57,201 nucleotides of DNA, from the NCBI GenBank assembly GCA_030167865.1, contig JALAGF010004552.1, positions 1 through 57,201 of the forward strand, in the 5' to 3' direction. Both the position numbers and the translations under genes were made by a program. The notes beneath the pieces are model-generated. The model was not told where the DNA came from. It saw only the letters and a list, made by a program, of their open reading frames with translations, and did no database searches. This document shows, piece after piece, positions 21,942 through 34,630 of the stretch. Numbering within the stretch: the first letter of the stretch is position 1; the number at the start of each line of letters is the position of its first letter. This DNA is from Craspedostauros australis (Eukaryota).

Positions 21942-23415
21942 GGTGGCTTGGGTCTTTGTTTTTGTGTTTGGTTGGTGATATAATAGAATAGTTGTTAAGG
22001 CAATGCTTTGGATGTGAACTATATTGAACTTGGAGTGCTTGTTGGTGTTTTGATTGTGTGCTGTGTTGGTGTTGTTTTTGCTGTTTGTTGAAATTGTGAG
22101 CAGATGAACTCCCATCTCCATCCGACGCATGACGAGGAACGCATGGACCGTGCTCCTCGTCATCAATACGCGTACGAGCACCATACGCGTCCCATACTCG
22201 TACCATACCTGTACTATACACGCAGCACAGCGTTCATCGCCCACAAACCAAGGTGCCCAGAGCAAGCAGTACCATAGTTGTATGGCGGAGACTACGAGCC
22301 TTCATGTGATCGGTCACATCCTCCCTAGCTTCCACTTGGTTCTTGGATAGCGAAGCATGATCCGACGATCTTCTTCAGGATGCATCGTGAACATTCCCAG
22401 ACGCGGGCCTGGCATGCGGCGTCGGTTTGATCGGTACCGTCTACTTTTGGCGCGGCGGTTTGATCGTCAACGAAATGATCAATTGGCTCTTGTTTGCAAC
22501 GAAATTGTGAAGGGCCGACCATCACCCAACCTGAAAATTGATCGCTCGAATCGCATGGAAGGCTCAGCATGCTATTGTGATGTGAAGTGAAGTGCTGCCA
22601 TGGGAGATCTTTGTGGATCGTGCTCCTTACCAAAAGCTCCAACGTGACTCGTGGTGATCTTCGTCGAGGTTCATCTGGGAGCTTGCTTCTTGTTCGGCCA
22701 TGTTCTCGCACAATCTTCGGTCCAAAAGGCGCGTGTCTTGTGTTGGCGGTCAACCCATGGCTTCGTGATCGCAAATGCAGGACACTGGCAGCAGCCAACG
22801 AAATGCCGAGCATCTTGCGACACGATCCAGAGCGCGATCTCTTGTCGCATGATATAATACTCGGGAAGGTCGATCTTGATCTGCGTACATTCGCGTCTGC
22901 ATGGAGAGGCATCGTCTGCCGTGTTGTGTCGCGGTGACTCTGGCTTCGGTTCCTGACGATGAACACATCAAAACAAAGAACAGAGGCGAACATCGATGAA
23001 CCAATTATGACAATAGGAGGTTATTTGGCGGTTACACCACACAGTTTAAAAGTCCAATGTCCGTATGATTCGCGAGGGCGGGAAATGAAAGCATTGTCCC
23101 AAATGGGGACATGATGCCAAACTCGGCGAAAAACACGATCGCAGGGCGAAAAACGACGAGGAACAGTCAACCCGAACAAAACAAACGAGGACTTTCGCCA
23201 TCATCAGCACGTTCGACGTTCTGGACGACTGTGCCAATCCTCGCACTCGTGCTGATAGCTTGGCAGCATAGTACGATACTGTACGATCTAAGGCAAACAA
23301 GGCAGCGCCATCAGCGTTGTGAAAGCACTGCCATCTTCACAGTTTCACAACAGTTTCACAACAGTTTCGCCGCATGCGAGATGCAACGTGCGACTGGAAC
23401 AGATTTGAAAGCGCA

Positions 23416-25932
23416 ATGACGAGGATGAACTCCACCAGCACCAGCACCAATGACGAAGAACTGGAACTTGCGCCGCTGAGCCACGGGGGCAGTTCCGATG
23501 GCGAAGATGCGTCTGGCGATGACGAGGAATCCGTGGGGAGTCTGGACTGCCTCCTTGCCAACTCCCAGCATGGCCACAGCGATGAGCCGCCTTCAACGAG
23601 AGACGATGGCAGCGACGACGACACCGACGATGGCAGCGATGTCGGCCTTTGGAACAGACGAAGAGGTTCATCCAATGCCTCAGCGCACAGAAGACGGCAC
23701 AGCGATCGTCGCCGGCGTCGATACGAGGAACGCAGTCCGCGTACAGGGCGAAGGATGACATGGCTATCCGTCGTCGTGCTTCTTTTCATGGTCATGATAT
23801 TGGTGGGGAGCGCCATGTTCAAACCGAGCGGCTTGTTGAATGGTCAGAGCAACACGGGCAGCAAGCATCACGGTGCGGACGACCAAAGCCCGCTGGTGGA
23901 GTACAACCCCGACGACCCTCTCATGGTCCCATTGGAGCTGTCCGGATCTGTGTACGATACTCAGGCGGACTTTGTGAATGAGGCCGACATTCGTCCACCC
24001 TTCTGGCAATCCAAGTCTGCTGCAGCTTTACCCTCTGCATCAGGGTCAACATCAGCATCAACGCCAACGTCAGCGTTGTCTGAACATGAAGACGCGACAC
24101 AGCCGAAATACGTCAAACTATCCCAACTGTCGGTGGACGATCTCCAAGCCTGGGGGCCTTGTTACAAGCCGCTCAAGTACAAATCTCGCAACTCCGACCA
24201 AATCAATTGGGAGTACGAGCTCAATCACACAACCCCGTACCAATACGGCTTGAAGTCGTGGAGGTCGCGACAAGGCGTGTCAGGACTGTGCCGGCCAGGG
24301 TTCATCATTCTGGGTGCTGGGAAATGTGGGACATCCTCGCTGTACCATTACCTGGCGGATCACCCGCGGGTCCTTCCGGCCATTAAGAAGCAGATACATT
24401 ACTTCACCGTGAGTTCGCTTGCCTGTGCTCATATCCATGCTCATATCCATGCTCATATCCATGCTCTTTCGTCCGCACGAGCGTGTGCGCGGAATGCAGA
24501 ACTTGCCAATTTAATAGTCCATCGACTCATGTATTATACTAACTAACCAATCACCACGCACTTCTTCGTTCGTTCGTTCCATCCATCCATCCATCTACTG
24601 TCGACATCTCTGCACAATGTCCGCATGAAACAACCCGCGCAACAGTACCACCTATCGCAACCTCTTTCGTGGTATTTTGCGCACTTCCCCACCACCGCCA
24701 ACTTTCTCGCAAACGGTGCACTCATGACGGGAGAGGCGAGCCCAGGGTACTTGCCATACCCGGAAACAGTCCACCAGCTTGCAAAGGTCTACAGGAAGCA
24801 CAAAAAGATCACAACGCTGGGTGACGAGGCTGGAGGAATAAGCGGCACAGGCGAAGGCGGCGCAGACGACGAGCAAGTAGAACGAGAGCAAGAAAGGGGC
24901 CGGATTCCACGCATGATCACGGTTGGGCGTGACCCCTTGCAACGCAGCTACTCCTCGTACCGGTACAATTACGTCATTCCAACGATTGAAAAGATGCGGG
25001 AAGGCAAGATCCCTCACGTACCGAAGAACCTCACGAACGACGAGGACTACGAACGATATCTCCTCTCCTTCGAAGACATGGTCAAAGCCGAACTGCAGCA
25101 GCTTCGCAAGTGCCTCGGCTACTGGACGGTCGGTGATGACGAGCACAGCGATCAAAACGACATCTTTGTTCCGGGCTTCGGTGCGAATATGACCAAACAG
25201 CACTGGCACCCAAAACCCTGGGCGCGTAACGCTATCGAGAAGTTCGACCAGCTCTATCAATCAGACACAACCCCGACAACATCATCCGTCGATCCAAATC
25301 TGCTTCATGCGGAGCTGATCGATTTGGATGAGGTTTGTTACGGCAAACCGTATTCGAGAACGATCCCACGCATCCAGTGGGAGGACCTATTGACGCAGTA
25401 TCCTGAGAAGGTCGTTCTCAGGACAAACGCGTTCCTCACCTCGACCTTGATCGGACGGTCCCTGTACGTGCTGCCGTTGGAATGGTGGTACCTGGAATTC
25501 GACCGCTCCAACCTGTACTTCATGTGCACGGAGGAGTTGAGCGACATCACAGGCGAACCATTGAACGAAGTCTCCGTCAACTTCCTCGGTTTGCCGCGGT
25601 ACGACAACTTCTCCGCAGTCGTCGCCAAGGGTGCGTACAATGTGGGGGGTCATCGCGGTTACGACAAGGCGACCGGATGGGACACAGTGAACGCCGAGCA
25701 TGAACAGGATGGTGATGGCACACGCAAGCTGTCCCACAAGAAGCAGAAGCACAAGAAAGGAGAGACCAAAGTAGAGGAGCAGCAAGCGGCCGACTCGACC
25801 CATGAGAATGCCATCAACACTGGCGGTGTTCCATTGTCTGCCGAAGTACACCAGGAATTCCACGACTTTGTAGGTCCCTACAATGAACGCCTCTTTGCTC
25901 TCACAGGTCGTCGGTGCAACTGGGAAATGTGA
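23416..25932 (+). CDS. Type II membrane P-loop sulfotransferase (heparan sulfate 3-O/N-sulfotransferase-like), 2 exons
   Basis: Exons ~23416-24408 and 24646-25932, joined by a phase-0 GTGAGT...AACAG intron. It has a TM segment WLSVVVLLFMVMILVGSAMF, a 5'-PSB motif GAGKCGTSSL, KQIHYF, GEASPGY and a 3'-PB motif RDPLQRSYS. The exact start codon is uncertain. Confidence 0.9.
24426..24466. repeat. Intronic 12-bp tandem repeat (TGCTCATATCCA)3
   Basis: Directly visible. Confidence 0.85.
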
Positions 25933-26591
25933 TAGCAGCAGAACTGCTGAATACGTTCGCAAGAGCAGCAACACCAATTTCCCAGCCTACAGAGTCCAGG
26001 AAGTGAGACGTGTGTACCACCACGTCACCGCCCAAAGGACGAAAGCCTCGAGTCCCCCTTCTCTTCCTCCTCGTTATCCTTGGAGCGCAAAAAGAGACAG
26101 CAAGCGCAGCTTGAATTACGGGATGATGAAATCCAAATGGACTCCAGCGACGACAGCGATACCGACGAAGAAAGTTATGGCAACGGCAACGGTGGCGATC
26201 ATGATGGCGCTGCTGCAGCAGAGAAGAGAGGAGATGAAGCACGGACAGGCGAAGGTCAAGGCGAAAGTGTAGTGGTAAACAACGGTATCATCTTGGTTAT
26301 CGAAAAAGTTTCTCTTGGAGTGATTCTGCGGACGTTTTGCCTTCGTTCATGGCGGCGAAGTTGTGTGTGTACTTGTTTGAGGACACGCTCGTACAGTCTA
26401 GCCAAATGCGTTGCAGTTGAGGAGATACTGGTTCGACAGACAAGACCATTTTTGGGATTCCACGATCTATTGGTCGTACACTCGTACAGAACAAGCACTG
26501 GAACATGTTGAGCTGCATCATTCTTCGTTGGAGCTGTGCTATCGAATTACTGTCAAGAATATAGTACTCAACGAGTATGCTAGAATACTTA

Positions 26592-27635
26592 TTAATTGGA
26601 GAAGCGTCTGAGGACTGCCGAAGATCCACGGTTGATCTTCCTGGCTGACTCGGCATCATGGTGTCCCATCAGCACAGCTTTGCGCACTGTGGCGATGCTC
26701 TGGTCTTCGTACAACCGGGCAAGGTGCTCCCGATCGTCTTCGCCTTCCAGTTGCTGCCGAGCCTGCTCGAAGAGCACCATCTGTACGATTGCCTTGCGGT
26801 CGTCGGCTTGTGTTCGCTGCGCAGCTTCGTGACAGTACTCCAGTCCTCGCATCGTCCAGGTCCCTTCGTATCCGAACTCGTAGATGTTCTTTGTGCTGTT
26901 GGTGCAAGCAGCTCGTCTCGAAGTTGGCGATGGAGATCGGGAAGCCTGTACCTTCGCAGTGGTCCTCTTCGGCGACTTCAGAACGAACTTTGGATTCACC
27001 GAACGTCCTCCGCACAGCGGCATCGATAGCGGCGCCGCGGATCCGTGGACAGTGTCACGCTGCGAGGTTTCGAATTGCATCGGCGATTTCCATTGTGCTG
27101 TGACGGCGCCTCCGCAACGCTTGGCACGGTACAGCGTGACGGATGCATCTCGCTTGATTTCGTTGTACTCGTCCTGCGTGTACCAGCAGGCGTCGACCTC
27201 TGCCTTCGTGTAATGATTCAGAGTCGCGATGCGACTCACTGCGACTTGGTTGTTGAACTGCACGCGTCTTTGTGACTTTGATGCGATCGAACCCGAGAGC
27301 GGTTGACTGCAGATGCTGCTGGCGCTAGTGCTTCGAGTGCTGCAGGTGTTGGTACTCTTGTCGCAGCTATCGTTGTCCGTGTCGAAGCATCCGAAGATGC
27401 TCTGTCTGGGATTGCAGGCAACGCTGATCTTCCTGGAGGAAACGCCGAGACGCCGTCTCTCTGACCTCCTGAGGGCATGGGCGTGGCTCCTTTGCTTGGA
27501 TCTGATCGTGAGGTTGTTCTGGATGCACCCGTCGAATTCGTCATTGAGCTTTTCGTGTCTGCGGGTGGGTGATACACTCATTGACTGCCGTGATGTGTTC
27601 ACGAAAGTGTGTTGATGGGATAGTGGAAGCTGCAT
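26592..27635 (-). CDS. Diatom-typical hypothetical protein ('V-x-F...WY...RGLE' family)
   Basis: Motifs RRVQFNNQVAV...YTKAEVDACWYTQDEYNEIK...MRGLE...VLFEQARQ...LARLY...A-x2-DA. The likely start is MQLPLSH at 27635. Confidence 0.75.
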   Translation of the reverse strand: MQLPLSHQHTFVNTSRQSMSVSPTRRHEKLNDEFDGCIQNNLTIRSKQRSHAHALRRSERRRLGVSSRKISVACNPRQSIFGCFDTDNDSCDKSTNTCSTRSTSASSICSQPLSGSIASKSQRRVQFNNQVAVSRIATLNHYTKAEVDACWYTQDEYNEIKRDASVTLYRAKRCGGAVTAQWKSPMQFETSQRDTVHGSAAPLSMPLCGGRSVNPKFVLKSPKRTTAKVQASRSPSPTSRRAACTNSTKNIYEFGYEGTWTMRGLEYCHEAAQRTQADDRKAIVQMVLFEQARQQLEGEDDREHLARLYEDQSIATVRKAVLMGHHDAESARKINRGSSAVLRRFSN

Positions 27636-28802
27636 GATGTGAATGTAGTTGTGAATGTAGTTGTGGTTATGGTTGTTTGACTTTTTATGAGTTGTCGATG
27701 CGGATGTTGTGTTGTTGGCGTTGTGGTGTGATGGTGGTGCAGTTTGTGGGTTGTTGCCGTAACTATTTTGTGACTGGTCGACACGATTGCGGTGGAATTG
27801 AAGCGACAAGGCCCAAAGAAGCCTTGGAGAATTCACAGTGGTGTTGTTGCTTTCGTCAGCGGCATGTAACAGGATAAATGTTGGAGCCAAGATGGTGGGA
27901 ACTGTGAATCGGCCATTCAACACATTTATCGAAGCAGAACACCTTCTTGCTAACTTCCTCGCAGGTGCGACATCTTGTTCGTGGATGGTATCAGCGAGAA
28001 TCGAGAGGCGCAATCATGTTTTTACTCTTGTTTCGCCACGGACCTCTCACATTCGCCCAAGTTGTCATCACGTTGTCAGATGTGATCACCACTGGTGGTC
28101 GAGATGCTTTCGGAAGGGCCGAGATGCCTCATAGCGGCATCCACTGGTACCCACATCAATCGACGTCCTCCAGCGCATGGCCGGAGCACGAACGCATCCA
28201 ATGCCACCAGTGTTCGAATGAGATGCGAGCTATCAAATGCAATAGTACTAGTACGAGTCGAGAGCAATCAACCTCTGCTCATGACGGCTCCTGGATGACA
28301 TCTCGACGCGTTTGGACAGGTGATCCCAATTTATCGTCCACCGTGATGGAAATAATTGCGATTGCAAATGTGATGAAGCGTTTGGCTGCTGGCTTCTTTG
28401 TCCAAGAAACAATATGTCCAAGATATAGCTTGTCATTCGTCCGTGTTTTCTTCTTCATCCAAGTGGAATTGTTCATCACAGTTTGGTGTGCGTGCTATTC
28501 AAAATGAGGTTTGAGACGTGGGCAAATCACAGAAACTAATAGAAGTTCATGATTGCCGTTGCCTCCAACACAAGAAGAAGCGCCAACAACGGTTCCTCGC
28601 GCTTCCACACGTAGTCGTAAGCACGACGTCCGTCCATCAACACATCACATCACATCACATCATCACTTCGGATCACATTGAACGATAGGAGAGGAAAGCA
28701 TAGCACCGCACAACACTACACCGCACAGCACTGCAACCTCCCCCCAATTGTTCCACACCACCATCTGACTCGAGCAACCTGCAATCATCAGAATCATCCA
28801 CC

Positions 28803-30288
28803 ATGCCAGAGGAACAAGAAGAAAAGCCCATGATTTCGAGCAATGCGCAACCAGAACAACCGAATCAAATGAATGAAGGCGGAGCTCCAACGGTGGCGCA
28901 AAGCAACACTGATGCTGGACTCGAAGAAGGACCCAACAAGCCAGAGTCTGTGGAGGTTGGAGACGAAGCACATGCAGATGGAGTTCAGGAAAAGTCCAAG
29001 GACAATGTGAATGGGAACGTGGATGCGGATGCCGATGTGAGTGGAGATCAGAAAAATGATCGGGCACAATCCGACGCACCTGAATCCAGCATGCCAACTG
29101 CCGATGGAACCAATGAGCAGAGTGAAGATCAGCAGGAGCAGAAACCGAAAGAGCAACAGGAGCAACCGACCGACGCAACGAAAAAGGAAGACAAGCCCAA
29201 GAAGATTGACGACTTCAAATGGGTGCTCAAGCCCGATGCCTCAGTGCCGACGGACAAACGACACGAGCTGTGGTGGTACGCTGCCGCGGCGCCCATTCCG
29301 AAGAAAACGGAGCTGGCATTGCTGGGTGCGCTGATGAAGTTCGGCAAAAAGGAGCGCGGCATGATGTGCGGCCAGCCGTTCCACCGCGTCAAGCGAGTGC
29401 GGGAACAGTGCAAGAATCTCAAGATGCCACTGATGTCTGCGCTGTCGTTGCGTCGGCATCACATCCACCGGCTCAACCCCACCATGTCCAAGGCGGCGCT
29501 CAAGCTGGGCACGGAGGAGCAGGTGCGGCAGACTGCACAGTGCTTCGAGGAGGACATCGAGGAGTACCTGCGGTCCAAATCCGTACCCTTTTGGACTGAG
29601 GAAGACCAACGCAAGCACATCGCGGCGCGGCATGAGGAAGATCCGGATGCCGCGTTTCCGCCCACACCCGATTTCATCCTCAAGGAGCCCGTCCATCTCA
29701 AGCGTTTCCAAAAGAGCAAGGGCAAGAAGAGGGTGCCCATCGTGATAGAAGAGGCGACGATTAACTGTAAGTGGATACGTGGCATGCAGTGTATGACAGT
29801 GCAGCGCCTGACTTGACATCACGATGCAATGAGACACAGCACAGGGTGCCGAATGATGCAAAGTACAATATGCACGAGTATTCGGACAATTGACTCACAT
29901 GCAGCGAATCACACCGTGCTCACCTGCGTACGCCAATACTTGTATTCTTGACATTCATGCTGCTGTTACAAGTGCTATACATACTCGTACAACGTGTATT
30001 CTTTGGTTGACAGGGATTGAGGTCAAGAACTTCTATGGCGCATCTTCCATCGGAGCAGAGAATAGGAGCGCTGTTGGGAATCTGCGCGCCACAGCGACGA
30101 AATACATGAAGCTCTTCGGTCCTGGAGCGTTCGTCTTTTCTTACAGGTTCGGGGATGAGCTCGCAAGGGATCTCAAGGACATTGGAGCGCTTTGCTTGGA
30201 CTGCACCAGCCCGGACATTCGCTGTGAACGCCAGCGTGAGCATCTGAAAACGTACTGCACAGATAAAGAGGGCAGCATTCTAATATAG
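28803..30288 (+). CDS. CDIN1/C15orf41-like (TPD domain) PD-(D/E)xK nuclease, 2 exons
   Basis: Exons 28803-29766 and 30014-30288 (GTAAGT...ACAG). Splicing creates INWIEVKNFYG. Also present are FEEDI...FWTEEDQR...PTPDFIL and YMKLFGPGAFVF. The N-terminus is acidic and probably disordered. Confidence 0.78.
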
Positions 30289-30351
30289 CAACATACAACG
30301 GAATATACTCGTTACCATAATTGCCATTGTACGTCATCTAGTGTTGCTTTC

Positions 30352-32575
30352 TCACTTCTTGCCTACATCGGCATCCGATAACTCGTCGCGAAAGTTCTCG
30401 TGGTACTTGTCCAGTACGCGCTTGTTGCGGAATGCATGGCTGATCTTGCCGCGGGCTCTCTCCTCAGAGATCTCTCTCCACTCGGGTGCAGTCTGAGTCT
30501 CATCTTTCGTCGCCTCTGGATTCTTCTCCAAGAACCGCACTCCGCCGGCTTGAAGATCTTGCACCACCCTCCGAAACAGTGCCACCTTGTCGACCCGAAA
30601 GCTCGTTTGGTATTCCTCGAAGCGATCATCGATCACCTTCTTCAGTGCCACGTTGCCGGCAAACTCCTGATACGGCCGACCGCGGCCCATCACGATGTCT
30701 CGAGAGGTCGGCGTGACGTTGTCCACAGCAAGGGATGCCAATTCTTCATTCATTGCCATCTGCGACAGCCAAGCCTGATGCTCTTTTTGATGCTCGGATT
30801 TGGGCTCCCAGCGATTCATTAGATGCTGCACTGGGATGCCGAAGGCTGAGAGAGCGTATTGGCACTCCATATTGGAACCAAAATGGGTCTTCAGACGCAT
30901 CCTCCCTTGTTTGCCAATTGCCAATTTGATCACCGCCATCTGCATTTCCCACCAGCCAATGGTAGACAAGAGCATTTCATTGTTTGTAGTGCAGAGTGAA
31001 GCAGTGGAATTAGATCAAGAGCCATGTCGTGTCGATGGCAAATACTCGTACCTGTGGCGCGTACGGGAATGCTTGAAGGTCGTGGTAGTACCGAACTGGG
31101 CTGATCATTGCGTTACGTACAAAGCGGTGCTTGCAACACAGCACATCACATCACAACAATATCTATCACAGCCATCGAGCAAAGCAACGAACCTGGATGC
31201 AGGCCACATGCTGCAGCAGAATGATACAACTTACCATTGGCGCCACGGTGATGTTGTTGTAGCAGAAGTGGAACGCTTGAAGCTTCATGGGCATCGCGCA
31301 GCAGAACTTCGTGGATACAGTCATCATGTCCCCATCCCAAGGAATGGAGTAGCTATGATCGAAGCAATCGTACGACAGTGCAACCACTCCGCGCTTCTGA
31401 ACCGCCTCGTTTTCGAAGAGCTTCGACAGAACGTAGAACGACACCCGTGCCTGTGTTGTCATTTTTGTAGTTCATTTGGTTGGATGTTGGTAGTTGTTCG
31501 TTTGAAAGGGCAAGTTGCATTTGTGCTGCCGCGTGCGAGTGAGCGTCGAAATGTACGCAATCGCAATGCCGAGCATGGCCTCGACAAACGAAGCAATGGT
31601 CCACCAAGTCAACAGACAGATGGGGAATCATTTCATCAACTACATGGCGCGCAAATCACACATCTTTCTGGGGCCTTGCTCTCGGCCACCGCTGTCCATC
31701 TATCTTCAAGCAAGCATTCATCTTCAACTCAGCTACCCACCAAACCACACAACCACTGAATTACAATATGAGTATTCAGATACTCGCTCCATCGATCTGT
31801 TGCACTGCTGACAACGCACCATCGGCTTGGGGTATTCCCACGGTTCATCCAGCATATAGGATCCCGTTGCGGAACGCCCAGCCGATTCTTCCAATGGAAA
31901 GGCACAGCAACTCACCGGCTGCTTCCAGGCCTTGAAGATCATCCCACGGTTGTAACCCACCACGACCATCCGGCCAGATCGGTCTGGCTCGGGCAGCACC
32001 TGAAAGTAGCCCCGATGCAGCAGCGCGCTGTCCTCCTCGTCCAAGTCGCTCTGGACGACGCTCCTCGACAGACGGTCCAGACCGAAGAGGTAGAGCTTGA
32101 ATTCAAAGTAGCAAACGAAGCGGTATGCGGCCTGACGCGCGTCGAAGTTGTCGCACCTGAGAAACAGGAGGCGAAACTTCTTGTCGTGCACGTATCTCGG
32201 GCTGATGAAGAGCGCCTTCTCGTAGGCGGATCGCTCCTTGATCTTTGTGATCTCGCGTGCCATCTCCTCCAGCTTCGCACTGATGATTTCCGGATTTTCA
32301 TCGCTGACGGCCGAGACCCCGTGGATGTCCTCCTGGGCGCGCTTGCGCTCCTCCAGAGTCAGACTGTTCATCTCCTTCAGCAGCAGATCGTCCCGCTCCA
32401 CCTCCGTGTGATGCTGCGCTAGGACAGCATCCTGCGCCCTCTGCATGTAGCTGTTCTGCAGCGTCGCACCCCCGCGCTTTTCAAGGAACCTGTTGAAGCA
32501 GCTGCTGGAGCAAGGATCCGCGCGGCTGTACTTCCTCTTCAGCGATCCCTGCTTGCTCGACATCTTGCTGTTCAT
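30352..32575 (-). CDS. Diatom CRAL-TRIO-like + DUF6824 domain protein, 3 exons
   Basis: Exons 32575-31916, 31450-31235 and 30939-30352, all phase 0 with GT-AG introns. Motifs are EDIHGV, FRLLFLRCDNFD, DRSGR and HFGSNMECQYALSAFGIP. The DUF6824-type part reads DIVMGRG...GN...RFL...W...KISHAFRN. Confidence 0.85.
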
Positions 32576-34630
32576 GCTCTCCGTGTTGCACCGATTGCGA
32601 GTTCTGTCGCAAGCACTTGTGCAAGTGATGGCGAATGATGCCCCTGAAGTCGCCGGTTGAGTGATGGAAGAGAATAGGAATATCCGAGCACGAGTGTATG
32701 CATGGGGATGTTGACGGCTCCTTGTGGTCTGCTGGATGCCTCGGCTTCCACTTCTTCACGCGCTTGCGGCTTGGTGTTTGTTCCGTTTCAGAATGGTTTG
32801 TCTCCAATTGTCGTGCGTGTTGATCGATGTGCGATGAAGGCCTTTACGGGAACGCCGAAGAACAACTGTAATGTTCGACAAGAACGAACCAAATCAGTAA
32901 GTCCGACTTTGCAGATCATCTCCTTGCACAGACAAACGTTTGGGAACCAAGGGCCTCATGCACGATTCGATCAGACAAGATGATATTACAATATAGTCGT
33001 AAACCTAGAGGAAGTATACTTGTGTCGAACAGAGCACACTTCCATCCACTTGCGGAGATACGAACGATCAACAGACAGCAGAAAGAATACGACTAGCGTA
33101 TACCGTCGAGTGAAAAGCTCTCTGTGCCGTGGCCACCGTCCCAGAGGAGGACACGAGCTAAGCATGGCAGGACACCTACATTGTTGCTTTATCGTCGCTG
33201 ATGATCCGACGAGGTATCAGCACGACTCTCTCCAGCAAGAGACAGAAAGAGAGACAGAGACAGAGTAGTGTCGCCGAACAGACAAAGAGATCAGAAAGAT
33301 TGTTGTTCTGTTTCTGGTCTTGTCACACAAGAAACATGCTCGTGCAGAATTGAGGACATAGCAGTATAGTGTTTGTATTATTCTGGAGCAATGGACACAA
33401 CAAGGCAGAAATGCCGCCTCTCGGTTGGGTTGGGATTGACTGCCTGCTCTAGAACTTCTCTGTTCTTTCTGGCTCCCGTCTTCGATGTATTTCGCCTCCA
33501 CGCCGAGGAAGGCTGCCATGATGGCCAAGGGAGCCGAATGTTCACTTCTTGTTCCACGGTTGGATTTTGTGGGCGTTGGCACAGTCCATGCGGCGCAAGT
33601 TCTTGGGGTTGATGTTGACGTTTCCTGTCGTGGATTTCCCTTGCCTTGCGGTGTTGGTGATTAACCGTTCAGGCCTGGTCGGATTTTGGTTCTTGGCTCC
33701 ACTCCACATCTATGGCACCTGCTGCCTAAGTTCATGTCGCCCCCAAGATCTGATTTGAGAACTGCGACGATCCGTGGATGGACATGTCTGTGGACGTGGC
33801 ACTGCGAAGAAGGGCTCATGGTAGAGGGTGGGAACAAAAGCAATCCAGTAAGAGAACTACGGGTACACAGGAGTACTCCATACTCCACCTTGACCGAACC
33901 GGGCGGGGGTCCGCTATTCGCACATAGCTCACGAGCTGCTAGTACTGCCACAGCCACGAGGAGGTTTCCAAGCAGGTACGAGGACCCGTAGATTGACAGC
34001 TATCGAAAGCATTGCATGGAAATGGTGCGAATACGCGTAGGTGGCTGACTGCTCGCATCTGCACAAACACAGTGCGACTTGTAGCGCCTGCACGCCTGCG
34101 GAAATAGTTGCCTCTCCAAGGATGTCCGATCAAGCATGTTGAATATGTATTGCTTTACTCGTAGTATGCTCGTTGTGTATTCGCAGCACGATATGTATTG
34201 CATGCACCATGCGATCTTTCTCCACTCTTTGTGGATACAATGAGATCGCTCGTGCTGATCGTTGACAATACATAGTAGTCGTAGCGTAGCCACTCCTGAC
34301 CGGACCTGGTGACTTTTGCCTCTTCATTTGTATCATCACTCGTGTTTTACATGATAGAGCACAAGCTCGAGCATCTAAATTTTGCCACTGCCGTGCTCCG
34401 GCTGCTCGGCTTGGCTGCTCCGTTCACGTTGCCATGCCAGCATCGGATCTGGAGAGTGTTGGCATTTTGACGGTATCGAATGCAGGAAGTCATCTTGTTC
34501 ATGATACCAGGGAAACAAAATAGCTTCGTACGTAGGCACGTGTGCCCAATACTCGCAGAGCAGAGCAAACCAGAGTGAAGTGGAATGGAGTAGGGTAGAG
34601 CAGCGCACTCTGGTGCACTACGGTCTATAT

